A DNA stretch of 64,000 nucleotides from Vulcanimicrobiota bacterium (GTDB lineage: Bacteria; Vulcanimicrobiota; Vulcanimicrobiia; Vulcanimicrobiales; Vulcanimicrobiaceae). The position numbers and the translations under genes were made by a program. The notes below the pieces were generated by a model. The model did no database searches. It worked only from the letters and a program-made list of their open reading frames with translations, and was not told the DNA's origin. The stretch is from contig CAWGBN010000006.1 in NCBI GenBank assembly GCA_963820825.1, forward strand, positions 448,001 through 512,000, given 5' to 3'. This document shows, one piece after another, positions 1-11,871 of this stretch (position 1 is the stretch's first letter; each line of letters starts with the position of its first letter).

Positions 1-309
1 ATCGACCGGCCGCCGCCGTTCCTGCGCGATGGAATGAGCGCCGAGATCACGATTCTCACCACCGATCTTCCCCGCGCGATCGCCGTTCCCGACCGGGCGA
101 TCGGACGCGACGGTGCGGGAGCGTACGTCTACGTCGTGACGGGTGGAAGCGCGCACCGCCGGCCGGTGCGCGCTGGCGCGGCAACCGAAACGGCGACGGT
201 GATCGAATCGGGGCTGCGCCCGGGCGACGTGATCGTCGCGCGCGACGTCAGCGGATTGCACGACGGCGATCGTGTCGTGGGCGCCACGCCCGATACGGGA
301 CGTCCGTGA
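1..309 (+). CDS. Efflux RND/HlyD-type periplasmic adaptor subunit, C-terminal part (5' truncated by window)
   Basis: GMSAEITI..AIAVPDRAI..VYVV..RRPVRAG..IESGLRPGDVIV is the typical membrane-fusion-protein C-terminus; GTGA overlap with next gene. Confidence 0.8.
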   Translation: MDRPPPFLRDGMSAEITILTTDLPRAIAVPDRAIGRDGAGAYVYVVTGGSAHRRPVRAGAATETATVIESGLRPGDVIVARDVSGLHDGDRVVGATPDTGRP

Positions 310-1142
310 ACACGCCCGAACGGCCCGGCGGAAGCGGGCTTTTTCGCGAGCGCGCGATCGAATCGATCGATTCGGTCGAACGATTCGATGAAGCGATCGA
401 CGTCGTCTCGTCGCATAGCGTCTTCGCGCTCGCCGCGATCGGCGCGCTGCTCTTCTGCGCACTGGTCTGGGCGATCTTCGGACGCGTTCCCGTCGGTCTG
501 CAGGGGCGCGGCGTCATCGTCGCCGGAAGCGGCGTCCAACCCGTCGTCGCTCCGGCCGAGGGCACGTTGATCGCGCTGCCGGGTCAGGTCGGCGCTCCGG
601 TCGCGCAAGGCGCCGCGATCGCGCGCATGCGCACGACCGCCGGCGAGATCGTCGCGCTGCGCGCGCCCGCCGCCGGACGGCTCGCGCAGCGTTCGCCGCA
701 ACTCGGAAGCTTCGTTCGCGCCGGCGACGCGGTCGCGACGATCGAGCCCGTCGCGGCGAGTCCGACCGCCGTGCTCTTCGTTCCGGTCGAGACCGACCGT
801 CGCGTCGCCGCAGGGATGCCGGTGCGCTTATCTCCCGCCGACGCGCGCCCCGATGTCTTCGGCTTTCTGCGGGGACACGTGACGTACGCCGCGCCGTTTC
901 CGGCGAGTCCGGATCGCGTGCGAGCGGCCCTGCAGAACGACGCCGTCGCATCGGGGTTCTCGCCGGATACGCCGGTTCGTGAAGTACACGTCGCGCTCGA
1001 CGTGGACGCGCAAGGAGATCTGATCTGGTCGGGCCTGCGAAACTCCGGACGCGCGCTCTCGCCCGGCACCCCGTGCTACGCGACGATCGTCGTCGAGCAA
1101 CGGGCACCCATCTCGTTCGTGCTGCCGCAAACGCAAGAATGA
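306..1142 (+). CDS. NHLP/bacteriocin-system HlyD-like secretion protein
   Basis: N-terminal LFRERAIE..S.ERFDE motif, single TM segment, GRVPV..GRGVI, C-terminal GTPC.ATIVVEQRAPISFVLP; directly upstream of C39 ABC transporter. Confidence 0.85.
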   Translation: MNTPERPGGSGLFRERAIESIDSVERFDEAIDVVSSHSVFALAAIGALLFCALVWAIFGRVPVGLQGRGVIVAGSGVQPVVAPAEGTLIALPGQVGAPVAQGAAIARMRTTAGEIVALRAPAAGRLAQRSPQLGSFVRAGDAVATIEPVAASPTAVLFVPVETDRRVAAGMPVRLSPADARPDVFGFLRGHVTYAAPFPASPDRVRAALQNDAVASGFSPDTPVREVHVALDVDAQGDLIWSGLRNSGRALSPGTPCYATIVVEQRAPISFVLPQTQE

Positions 1143-3283
1143 GCGCCGCCATCCCATTGGTGCGCACGCCGACGGTGCTGCAGATGGAGGCCGTCGAGTG
1201 CGGCGCCGCATCGCTGGGAATGATTCTGGGTTATTACGGCCGTCACGTTCCGCTCGAGGTGCTGCGCGATGCCTGCGGCGTTACGCGCGACGGAAGTTCG
1301 GCGGGCAACCTCTTGCGCGCGGCGCGAGCCTACGGCCTCGAGGCGCACGGCTATAAGTACGATATCGCCGAGCTCCGCGCGCTCGCCCCGCCGTTCATCG
1401 TCTTTTGGCAGTTCTATCATTTCGTCGTCGTCGAGGGCTTTACCAAAGACGGCGCGATGCTCAACGATCCGGCCGGCGGCCGGCGCCTCTGCGACTGGGA
1501 GGAGTTCGACCGATCGTATACCGGTGTATGCTTGGCCTTTGCGCCCGGTCCGAGCTTCACGCCGAGCAACGACGTTCCGGCAACGGCGAGCATTCTACGC
1601 GCGCAGCTGACCGGTTCGTGGGGAGCGGTGCTCTTCGTCGTCATCGCGGGGCTGGCGTTGGTCGTGCCGAGCATCGCCTTGCCGACCTTCACCAAGACGT
1701 TCATCGACGAAGTGATGGTCGGAAAGAGTTACGGCTGGGTCTTTTGGATCGGCGTGGGGATCATCGTCAGCATCGCACTGCAAGCCGGATTGCTCGAACT
1801 CCAGCAGCAAGCGATTCTGAGACTTCAAGCGAAGCTCGCGCTTGCAAACGCGAGCCGCATGCTCTGGCACTGCCTGCGCCTGCCGATGACGTTCTTCGCG
1901 CAGCGCTCCCCCGCCGAGGTCGCCAACCGCGTCGCGATCTGCGATCGCGTTGCGGAACTGCTCTCGAGCCGGTTCGCCGCAAGCGCGATCGGCGTGGTCG
2001 CGGCGCTCTTCTATCTCGCTTTGATGGCGTGGTACGATCGCGTGCTCGCCCTCATCTCGCTCGCCATCGCCGCGCTCAACATACTCGCGCTGCGATTCGT
2101 GGCGCGCCAGCGCTCCGACGCAAATGCGACCCTGCTCCAAGAGGAAGCGATGCTGCTGGGTGCATCGGTCTCGGGGTTGGAGCGGATCGAGCTGCTCAAG
2201 GCCGGCGGCGCCGAGAGCACGTTTCTGATGAAATGGCTCGGACGCCAAGCGCGAGTGATCAACGCGCGGCAGCGTTTCGCGGTTCCGTCGCAAGTGCTCT
2301 ACGCGGTGCCGAGGCTCCTCATCACGATCAATATCACCGCGATCCTCGTGATCGGCGGTCTGCGGGTGATCGAGGGCGCCATTTCGATCGGCACGCTCTT
2401 TGCCTACGCGCTCTTGATGCAACTCTTCGTCGCGCCTTTTACCACCTTCGTCGAGCTCGGTGCCGATTTACAGGAGATGGACGGGGACGTACGCCGCATC
2501 GAGGACGTACTGCGCTATCCGCTGCCGCCGGCGCCGGCGATCGAGCGGATGAAACGAATCCGTCTCAGCGGAAAGCTCGAGCTGCGCGACGTCTCGTTCG
2601 GCTACAACCGGCAGATGCCGCCGGTCGTTGCCGACATTTCGTTCGTGATCGCACCCGGGCGGCGGATCGCTCTGGTCGGTCCGTCGGGCAGCGGAAAATC
2701 GACGATTGCCAAAATCGTCTCCGGGCTCTTCACGCCGTGGTCGGGAGGCGTCTTCTTCGACGGCGTCGAGCGCGAGGCCATCGATCCGTCGCTGCTGGCG
2801 ACCGACGTCGCCTTCGTCGATCAAGAGATCTCGCTCTATCCGGGAACGGTGCGCAGCAATCTAACACTCTGGGATCCGGAGATCTCCGATGCAGCCGTCG
2901 AGCGCGCCGCTCGCGATGCCTTCATTCACGCCGACGTCGCGGCGCGGCCGGGCGGATACGAAGCGCCGATGGCCGAGGGCGGAATCAACTTTAGCGCGGG
3001 CCAACGCCAGCGACTCGAGATAGCTCGGGCATTGGTGCGCGATCCCGCTCTCGTCGTTCTCGACGAGGCGACGAGCGCGCTCGACCCGCTCACCGAGTAT
3101 CTCATCGACGAGAGTCTGCGGCGGCGCGGATGCGCCTGCCTGATCATCGCGCACCGGTTGAGCACGATACGCGATGCCGACGAAATTCTAGTGCTCGACG
3201 CCGGGCGAATCGTCGAGCGCGGCACGCACGACGAGCTCCTCGCTCGCGGGGGCCGCTATCTCGCGCTGGTGAGATCGCAGTGA
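1139..3283 (+). CDS. NHLP-family bacteriocin export ABC transporter, C39 peptidase/permease/ATPase
   Basis: TPTVLQMEAVECGAASL (C39 catalytic Cys), HFVVVEG, TM domain, GPSGSGKST, FSAGQRQRLEIAR, LDEATSALD; ATG at 1139 overlaps upstream stop. Confidence 0.95.
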   Translation: MSAAIPLVRTPTVLQMEAVECGAASLGMILGYYGRHVPLEVLRDACGVTRDGSSAGNLLRAARAYGLEAHGYKYDIAELRALAPPFIVFWQFYHFVVVEGFTKDGAMLNDPAGGRRLCDWEEFDRSYTGVCLAFAPGPSFTPSNDVPATASILRAQLTGSWGAVLFVVIAGLALVVPSIALPTFTKTFIDEVMVGKSYGWVFWIGVGIIVSIALQAGLLELQQQAILRLQAKLALANASRMLWHCLRLPMTFFAQRSPAEVANRVAICDRVAELLSSRFAASAIGVVAALFYLALMAWYDRVLALISLAIAALNILALRFVARQRSDANATLLQEEAMLLGASVSGLERIELLKAGGAESTFLMKWLGRQARVINARQRFAVPSQVLYAVPRLLITINITAILVIGGLRVIEGAISIGTLFAYALLMQLFVAPFTTFVELGADLQEMDGDVRRIEDVLRYPLPPAPAIERMKRIRLSGKLELRDVSFGYNRQMPPVVADISFVIAPGRRIALVGPSGSGKSTIAKIVSGLFTPWSGGVFFDGVEREAIDPSLLATDVAFVDQEISLYPGTVRSNLTLWDPEISDAAVERAARDAFIHADVAARPGGYEAPMAEGGINFSAGQRQRLEIARALVRDPALVVLDEATSALDPLTEYLIDESLRRRGCACLIIAHRLSTIRDADEILVLDAGRIVERGTHDELLARGGRYLALVRSQ

Positions 3284-6120
3284 TGCGCGCGAACGAGATC
3301 CGAATTGCCGGCGACGATCTGCTCGTGCTGGCAAACGGGAGAGATGCGTATTGCGTGCGCTCCGGCGAGGCCGCGATCTTCGCCGTCGCCCTCGGCACCG
3401 ACGGGAAACCGGTCGGGCGCCGCTCGTTTATCGGCGGTGCGGGTCCGGGCGAGGTCGTGCTCGGCGCCTCGTTCGAATCGAAAGGCGCGACGTTCGCGCT
3501 CATCGCGGTCGGAGTGGAACCGACGATCTTGGAGCCGTGGGATCCGGCGCACGCCGAGCCGGAACAACGCGATGAGGCGCTTCGGCGGTATCTCACCATG
3601 TTAGTCGGGCGCGATCGAATCGAGATCGACCAGCACAAGGCGCGTCCCGTGCAACCACATCAGGAACTCGAGCTCGCCGCCGGCGAGTACGCGCGCTCGT
3701 CGCATCGTCTGGCGTACGTGCGCGTGGCCGGCGGCACAGCCTATCTGCTCGGCGTGCACCAGTGCGATTCCGGCTCGGGCATCGTTCCGGTTGGGGGCGC
3801 GCTGACGCTGCACGCTCGAAACGGCGCGCGCGTCGAAGCGCTCGCCAACTCGGACGTGAGCGAGAAGGATCTCGAGCAGGCGCTCGATACGGCGCGTGCC
3901 GCGTTTTGGAAACACTGGGCGATGCATGCGGAGCAAGAGGACCACGACCGCGAAGCGATGCGCGCAGCGACGCAGGCTTTCGACGCGCGCGCCCTTGCGA
4001 GCGGGCTCGAGGAGGCAACGCACCTCTTCGAGCGCCACCGGCCGCTGACCAATGCCGGGGACGATCCCATCGTCGCTGCGGCGCGCATCGCCGCGCAAGC
4101 CGATCGGATCGCGATCGCCGCGCCGCGCGAATCGCATAGCGACCTGCAGGGCGCGGTGCAGGCAATCGCCGTGGAATCGCACGTCTCGGTTCGCCGCGTG
4201 CGCCTTCGCGGGAACTGGCACGAGCGCGAGTACGGCCCACTCCTTGCATTTCGCGGACCGCGTCGCACGCCGGTTGCGCTGCTCCCGCATCGTGGCCGAA
4301 CGCGATACGTTCTGGTCGATCCGGCGCGAGTCACCGAGCAGATTCCCGTCGACGAAGTGGTAGCGGATCAGATCGACTCGTTCGCCTACGTCTTTATGCG
4401 GGCGCTTCCGGAACGCGCCGTCGGCGTTTGGGATCTCCTGCGATTCGGATTGCGTCACAGCGGCGTCGATGCAATTCAGATTCTGACGCTCGGACTCGCC
4501 GGAGGCATTCTTGCCGGCGCCGTTCCCTTGGCGACCGCGATTCTGTACGGTACGATCATTCCCGGAGCGATGCGCCCGCAGTTGCTGACGATGATGCTGG
4601 CGCTGCTCGCGATCGCATTGACCGCCGCGGTAACCGAGGCGGTGCGCGGCCTGGCGATCGTGCGCCTGCAAACGCACGTCGGTATGACCCTGCAATCGGC
4701 GGTGATGGAGCGGCTGCTCTCGCTACCGGCCGCGTTCTTCCGGCGATACGAAATCGGCGATCTCGCCGACCGGCTGATGGGCGTCGATCGAATCGAAGAG
4801 TACGTCAGCGATATCACGATCTCGGCGGCGCTGAGCGGGGTCTTCTCGCTGGTGAGCTTCGCGCTGCTCTTCATCTACGACGTCGGCCTCGCGTGGCTCT
4901 GCGCGTTCCTGGCGCTCATCGCAATCGGGGCCGCCGTTACCGAGGCGCTCGCAACGCTCCCGCTGCGGCGTAAGATCTTCGATCGCTACGGCGGCATCGC
5001 CGGCTTCGTCTTGCAGATCTTCAACGGGATCGCCAAGCTGCGTATCGCGCAAGCCGAGACGCGCGCCTTCGTAGGCTGGCTACATCGCTTCGTTGCGATG
5101 CGCCGTTTGACGACGCGGGTCGGCACGATCGTCTACCGCTTCGGAATCTTCAACGCCATTTGGCCTGCCGCGACGACCCTCGCGATCATTTGGTACATCT
5201 TCGTCGTCCGCCACGGTGCTTTCGCGGCGAGTACGTTCATTGCCGCAAGCGCCGCGTTCGGACAGCTTTTGGCGTCGTTGCTCGGCCTCGGCGACGCGCT
5301 GGTCGCCGTGATTCGCGTGATCCCCGTCTACGAGCGTGCCGAGCCGCTGTTGCGCGAGCTTCCCGAGCGCCTTCAGGCACACGGCGATCCGGGAACGCTG
5401 ACCGGCGCGATCGAGCTGCGCAACATGAGCTTTCAGTACGAAGAGGCTCCGGTCGTGACGCTCGACCGGGTGGATCTACGGATCGAGCCCGGCTCTTTCG
5501 TCGCGATCGTCGGGCCGTCGGGGGCGGGGAAATCGACGCTCTTCCGGCTGCTGCTCGGCTTCGAACGGCCCAATCACGGCGCCATCTATTACGACGGGCA
5601 CGATCTGGACTCGGTCGATCTCGCCGCAGTGCGCCGGCAGATCGGTTCGGTCTTGCAGACGGCCGGGGCGCTGCAAGGGACGATCTTCGAGAATATCGCC
5701 GGCGCGCGCTACATAACGCACGACCAGGCGTGGGATGCCGCACGGCGCGTTGGAATCGCCCACGACATCGAAGCGTTGCCGATGCAGCTCGAAACCTATT
5801 TGGGTTCCGACGGCGGAGGGCTCTCGATGGGTCAACGGCAACGCATTGCAATTGCTCGCGCAATCGTCACGTCGCCACGGATCTTACTCTTCGACGAGGC
5901 GACGAGCGCGCTCGATAATGAGACCCAGGCGATGGTGATGAAGACGCTCGAAGCGCTTCACGCCACTCGCCTGGTGATCGCGCACCGTCTTTCGACGATT
6001 CAAAACGCGGACCGGATCATCGTGATCGATGGGGGCCGGATCGTGCAGGACGGGATCTACTCGAATCTCGTTGCAACGGCCGGCCCATTTGCCGATCTTG
6101 CCCGGAGGCAATCAATCTAG
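3283..6120 (+). CDS. NHLP bacteriocin export ABC transporter permease/ATPase subunit (peptidase-less partner)
   Basis: N-terminal cNMP-like extension, VRRVRLRGNW..EYGPLLAF, TM domain, GPSGAGKST, LSMGQRQRIAIAR, FDEATSALD; TGATG coupling at 3281-3285. Confidence 0.93.
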   Translation: MRANEIRIAGDDLLVLANGRDAYCVRSGEAAIFAVALGTDGKPVGRRSFIGGAGPGEVVLGASFESKGATFALIAVGVEPTILEPWDPAHAEPEQRDEALRRYLTMLVGRDRIEIDQHKARPVQPHQELELAAGEYARSSHRLAYVRVAGGTAYLLGVHQCDSGSGIVPVGGALTLHARNGARVEALANSDVSEKDLEQALDTARAAFWKHWAMHAEQEDHDREAMRAATQAFDARALASGLEEATHLFERHRPLTNAGDDPIVAAARIAAQADRIAIAAPRESHSDLQGAVQAIAVESHVSVRRVRLRGNWHEREYGPLLAFRGPRRTPVALLPHRGRTRYVLVDPARVTEQIPVDEVVADQIDSFAYVFMRALPERAVGVWDLLRFGLRHSGVDAIQILTLGLAGGILAGAVPLATAILYGTIIPGAMRPQLLTMMLALLAIALTAAVTEAVRGLAIVRLQTHVGMTLQSAVMERLLSLPAAFFRRYEIGDLADRLMGVDRIEEYVSDITISAALSGVFSLVSFALLFIYDVGLAWLCAFLALIAIGAAVTEALATLPLRRKIFDRYGGIAGFVLQIFNGIAKLRIAQAETRAFVGWLHRFVAMRRLTTRVGTIVYRFGIFNAIWPAATTLAIIWYIFVVRHGAFAASTFIAASAAFGQLLASLLGLGDALVAVIRVIPVYERAEPLLRELPERLQAHGDPGTLTGAIELRNMSFQYEEAPVVTLDRVDLRIEPGSFVAIVGPSGAGKSTLFRLLLGFERPNHGAIYYDGHDLDSVDLAAVRRQIGSVLQTAGALQGTIFENIAGARYITHDQAWDAARRVGIAHDIEALPMQLETYLGSDGGGLSMGQRQRIAIARAIVTSPRILLFDEATSALDNETQAMVMKTLEALHATRLVIAHRLSTIQNADRIIVIDGGRIVQDGIYSNLVATAGPFADLARRQSI

Positions 6121-6126
6121 AGGGAT

Positions 6127-6288
6127 CTACATCGGCTCCGGGTGCTTGAGCGGGTTCTGCGGGGGCCGCGGTCCGCCCGGAGGGTTCGGGCCATCGATCG
6201 GGCTCTTGACTTTCACGTAGCCGCCGCTGACCTGGTCGAGCTTCTCGTCTTCGATTGGCTTCTGCTCTTTACGAGTGTCGTCGCTCAT
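6127..6288 (-). CDS. Putative double-glycine-leader bacteriocin/RiPP precursor (53 aa)
   Basis: MSDDTRKEQKPIEDEKLDQVSGG leader matches (L/I)xxExLxxVxGG; AAGGA RBS upstream; convergent with the C39 exporter. Confidence 0.75.
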   Translation of the reverse strand: MSDDTRKEQKPIEDEKLDQVSGGYVKVKSPIDGPNPPGGPRPPQNPLKHPEPM

Positions 6289-6425
6289 TATGAGTTCCTT
6301 CTTCAGAGGCCGCGGCACAACCGCCGTGGCACCCTCAGAGTACCAATGAAGTGTGAATCGCAGGCGAAGCATTTGCGAAGTAAACGAGCGAGTTAGCGGA
6401 AAACCTTCTCAGGATCTGCACAATT

Positions 6426-8264
<1,839 letters not shown>

Positions 8265-8399
8265 TTTTGGTTAGTTCGCCCTTCGGTGCGTCTTGGCATT
8301 GTTGGTTAGAGGGACAAGGCGACCGCCGCCCCAGGGGCAAAATCCGAGACCGGCGAATTTTGCGTTCGGTATTTTTTGAGCCGGTTTGGAGCGTGGAGT

Positions 8400-9719
8400 T
8401 TGAAGGATCGTACCTACGCATTCGTTGCTGCAGCGCTGCTTGTCGCGTGCGGCAACGCCAACGGCTCGCCTGCACTTCCAAAGGATGCATCGGCAGTCGC
8501 GCGCGCAGGCTTACCGAGCTCCCCGATCGCGCACGTGGTCGTCATCATCCAAGAGAACCGCACGGTCGACAATCTCTTTCAGTTCTTGCCCGGAGCGAAT
8601 ACCGCGAAGTACGGGCTCGATCTCCAGGGTCAAAAGGTGCCGCTCAAGCCGGAGCCGTTGACCGCGCGCTACAATCCGGGGCACCGGCATTCCGACTGGC
8701 TCGCGGACTACAACAGTGGGGCGATGAACGGATGGAACAACGAGCGTTGCTCGGGACACTGCCCGGTTAATCCGGCGTATGGTTACGTCCCGCAAATCGA
8801 AGTCGAGCCCTATTATGAAATGGCCGAGACGTACACGTTCGGCGACGAGATGTTCCAAAGCACCCAAGGCCCGAGCTTTCCGGCACACCAGTATCTCGTG
8901 AGCGGAACCTCGACGAACTTCGACGACTCGCGCTGGCGCGTGGCCGAGGATACCGGCGAGAATCAAGGCGGCTGCGATTCCTTCTCCAATTCAAAGGCCA
9001 AGATGATCAACGCCGCAGGGCGCGAGGGCAATGCCGTCTTTCCGTGTTTCGACCGCGCTTCGATCTTCACGCTGCTCGACACCGCGCAGGTCTCGTGGCA
9101 CTTCTATCAGGTGCGCAAGACCGCCGGGCCGTGGAATGCCGTCGATGCGCTCAAACCGATCTGGGAGAACAAATCGGAGTACTCGTCGCGCGTTACCTCA
9201 CCGTCGTCGCAGGTTTTGACCGATATCGCCCAAGGCACGCTCGCCAACGTCGTTTTCGTGATCCCTACCGCCGCCGAGTCGGATCACGGCGGCGACAACG
9301 ATGGGACGGGACCCTCGTGGGTCGCCTCGATCGTCAACGCGATCGGCTCCAGCTCGTATTGGAACGGCACCGCGATTCTCGTCGTCTGGGACGATTGGGG
9401 CGGCTGGTACGATCACGTCACCCCGACGATCTACAACTCGTACGAGCTCGGGATGCGGGTGCCGCTGCTCGTCGTATCGCCGTATGCCAAAACGCACTAC
9501 GTCTCGCACGTGCAATACGAGTTTGGGAGCATCCTAAGGTTCGTCGAGGAGACCTTCAATCTCGGCTCACTCGGCACGACCGACGCTCGCGCCAACGATC
9601 TCGCCGATTGCTTCAACTTCGGATCGGCCCCGCGCAAGTTCAGTCGCATACGAGCGGCGCACTCGGCGAGCTACTTCCTGCATCAACCGGAGTCGGACCG
9701 GGGACCCGACGACGAATAG
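8400..9719 (+). CDS. Secreted phospholipase C/phosphoesterase (alkaline phosphatase superfamily) lipoprotein
   Basis: LLVAC lipobox; HVVVIIQENRTVDNLF, GPSFPAHQY, WDDWGGWYDHV, LGMRVPLLVVSPYAK; TTG start inferred. Confidence 0.9.
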   Translation: MKDRTYAFVAAALLVACGNANGSPALPKDASAVARAGLPSSPIAHVVVIIQENRTVDNLFQFLPGANTAKYGLDLQGQKVPLKPEPLTARYNPGHRHSDWLADYNSGAMNGWNNERCSGHCPVNPAYGYVPQIEVEPYYEMAETYTFGDEMFQSTQGPSFPAHQYLVSGTSTNFDDSRWRVAEDTGENQGGCDSFSNSKAKMINAAGREGNAVFPCFDRASIFTLLDTAQVSWHFYQVRKTAGPWNAVDALKPIWENKSEYSSRVTSPSSQVLTDIAQGTLANVVFVIPTAAESDHGGDNDGTGPSWVASIVNAIGSSSYWNGTAILVVWDDWGGWYDHVTPTIYNSYELGMRVPLLVVSPYAKTHYVSHVQYEFGSILRFVEETFNLGSLGTTDARANDLADCFNFGSAPRKFSRIRAAHSASYFLHQPESDRGPDDE

Positions 9720-9813
9720 CGGCCGGAGCTTGCGAAGGAACCGGCCGTGCGGTATTATCGGGTGACCGGGCGAGCTCCACGACGGAGCTTGCTTGATATG
9801 GAGAGAGGTAACC

Positions 9814-11856
9814 ATGGAAGGTCATATGTGGCGGCCGTGCCGTTTATTGGCCGGTCCAGCGCTCGTTATTGCGAGCGCTTTGCTGGCGTCCGGATGCGCC
9901 GCGCGCGGCACCGGAACGAGTCCGATCCCGCCCTCCGCCGCGCAAAGCTCGGCGATCGAACGGTCGATGCCGGCCGAAAAGGTTCGCAACGCGCTCGTCG
10001 CTCCGGTCAGCAACGTGAACGATGCCGGCGCCGGCTCGTTGCGCGCTGCAATTGAGGCCGTCAACGCCGCACATGCCGTACACGCGGTCATCACCTTTTC
10101 CACGCACGGCGTCATCAGGCTCGCGTCGGATCTGCCGGCGGTCGCGCGGCCCGTTACGATCGACGGAACCTCGGCGCCGGACTACTCGGGACGGCCCTCC
10201 GTGGCGATCGACGCAAACGGTCACGCCGGTCTGGTCTTTGCCGCCGGATCGGCGAAGTCGGAACTGCTCGGACTAGCAATCGGAGGCGCTGCCGGCAACG
10301 GCGTGACGCTCGACGCGGGATCGATCACGCTCAACCTCGACTACATCGGCTTGAACCTCCAAGGTAACGTGCACGGCAACGCCGGCGACGGCGTCTACGT
10401 TTCGGCGCAGTCGTCGAACGACCGGATCGGCATCAACAAGTCGGGCGCCTCGGGCGAGATCGGCAACGTGATCTCTGGTAACGCCGGAAACGGTTTAAGC
10501 CTGCACGGGTCCTCCGGCGACACGATCGCGGCCAACCGCATCGGAACCAACCTCAGCGGCAAAGTTGCCATCGGGAACGGTCAAAACGGTATTTGGATTA
10601 CCGCCGGATCGAACGGCAACGAGATCGGCGGGACGCGGTTCGTCGATACGGCCACCGGTCAGGCGAACGATCCCACCGGCGACAAAGGAACGCAGCCGCC
10701 GGTCTTCGTCGTTCCGCCCGACGGCAATCTCGTCTCGGGCAATGGGCGCAACGGCATTCTGATCGACGCCGGCTCGGAGAAGAACACGCTCAACGGGAAC
10801 TTCATCGGTACCATCGCAGATGGCGACGGCGCGATCGCCAACTCGGGTGACGGCGTGCGAATTTCCGGAGCAAACGCAAACGTGCTCGCCGGTTGCAAGT
10901 TCGTCAACAACCCATTCGTCTACTACAACGTAATGAGCGGAAATCGCGGAAGCGGGTTACGCATCACCAGCTCCGACGACGTGGTCGTGCAAGGGAACTT
11001 CTTCGGAATCGGCGCGAATAACACGACGGTCGTCGCAAACAACGGCGACGGCATTCTCATCGACGGCAGCTCGCGCAACACGCAGGTGGGCGGCGTAATT
11101 CCGCTCGGCAACGTCTCGGCCGGCAACGTCGGCAACGGCATCGAGGTCGCCGGTAAGGCCTCGGGCTTCATCACCTTCAACACCTTCGGCGGGCTGCTCG
11201 CATTCAAAGGCGCCGCGCCGAACGGCAATGATGGAGTCCTTATCACCTCGACCGGCGGCAATCAAACGGTACGCACCAACGTCCTCTCGGGGAACATGAA
11301 CAACGGGCTCGAGATCGGCGGGGGCGCCTGGGGCGTCACCGTCGGCCCGGACATCATCGGGCTCAGCACGAAAGGCAATAGCCTGCTGCCCAATGGGGGC
11401 GACGGCGTGCTGATCGACGGCAACGCGCACGACAACACCATCGGCGATTACTATCACTCGGTTATCCCGCAGAATACGTTCTCCGGTAATCTCGGCTACG
11501 GTCTGGCAATCATCGACGGCGCGCACGACAACGCGGCCTTCAATAGCTTCGTCGGCGTCGACGTTCCGGGAACCCACGCGCTGGCGAACTATCAAGGCGG
11601 CGTCTACGTCGGCGCGTACGCCGCGCACAATCGCATCGGCGGCACCGCGACCGACCCAAAGGAGCCGAAAAAGAACCTAATCAGCGGTAACGTCGGCAAC
11701 GGCGTCACCCTAGCGACCGGCAGCAGCTATACCGCCGTGATCGACAACTGGATCGGGTTGAACCGGGCCGGAAAGAAGACGCTCCCCAATACGCGACACC
11801 CGATCGTCGTGCAGCGCGGGAGCAGCCACAACAAGATCTCGGGCAACGAGATGTAG
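9814..11856 (+). CDS. Secreted right-handed parallel beta-helix repeat protein
   Basis: LLASGC lipobox; V.NVNDAGAGSLRAAI motif; many NxISGNxGxGI/GNxIG repeats. Confidence 0.85.
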   Translation: MEGHMWRPCRLLAGPALVIASALLASGCAARGTGTSPIPPSAAQSSAIERSMPAEKVRNALVAPVSNVNDAGAGSLRAAIEAVNAAHAVHAVITFSTHGVIRLASDLPAVARPVTIDGTSAPDYSGRPSVAIDANGHAGLVFAAGSAKSELLGLAIGGAAGNGVTLDAGSITLNLDYIGLNLQGNVHGNAGDGVYVSAQSSNDRIGINKSGASGEIGNVISGNAGNGLSLHGSSGDTIAANRIGTNLSGKVAIGNGQNGIWITAGSNGNEIGGTRFVDTATGQANDPTGDKGTQPPVFVVPPDGNLVSGNGRNGILIDAGSEKNTLNGNFIGTIADGDGAIANSGDGVRISGANANVLAGCKFVNNPFVYYNVMSGNRGSGLRITSSDDVVVQGNFFGIGANNTTVVANNGDGILIDGSSRNTQVGGVIPLGNVSAGNVGNGIEVAGKASGFITFNTFGGLLAFKGAAPNGNDGVLITSTGGNQTVRTNVLSGNMNNGLEIGGGAWGVTVGPDIIGLSTKGNSLLPNGGDGVLIDGNAHDNTIGDYYHSVIPQNTFSGNLGYGLAIIDGAHDNAAFNSFVGVDVPGTHALANYQGGVYVGAYAAHNRIGGTATDPKEPKKNLISGNVGNGVTLATGSSYTAVIDNWIGLNRAGKKTLPNTRHPIVVQRGSSHNKISGNEM

Positions 11857-11871
11857 CGCTCGTCGCGTACC

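Noticed and set aside
1405..2994. 529-aa Arg-rich ORF and the many similar overlapping ORFs across the window
   Set aside because: Shadow frames of GC-rich coding DNA with no recognisable motifs
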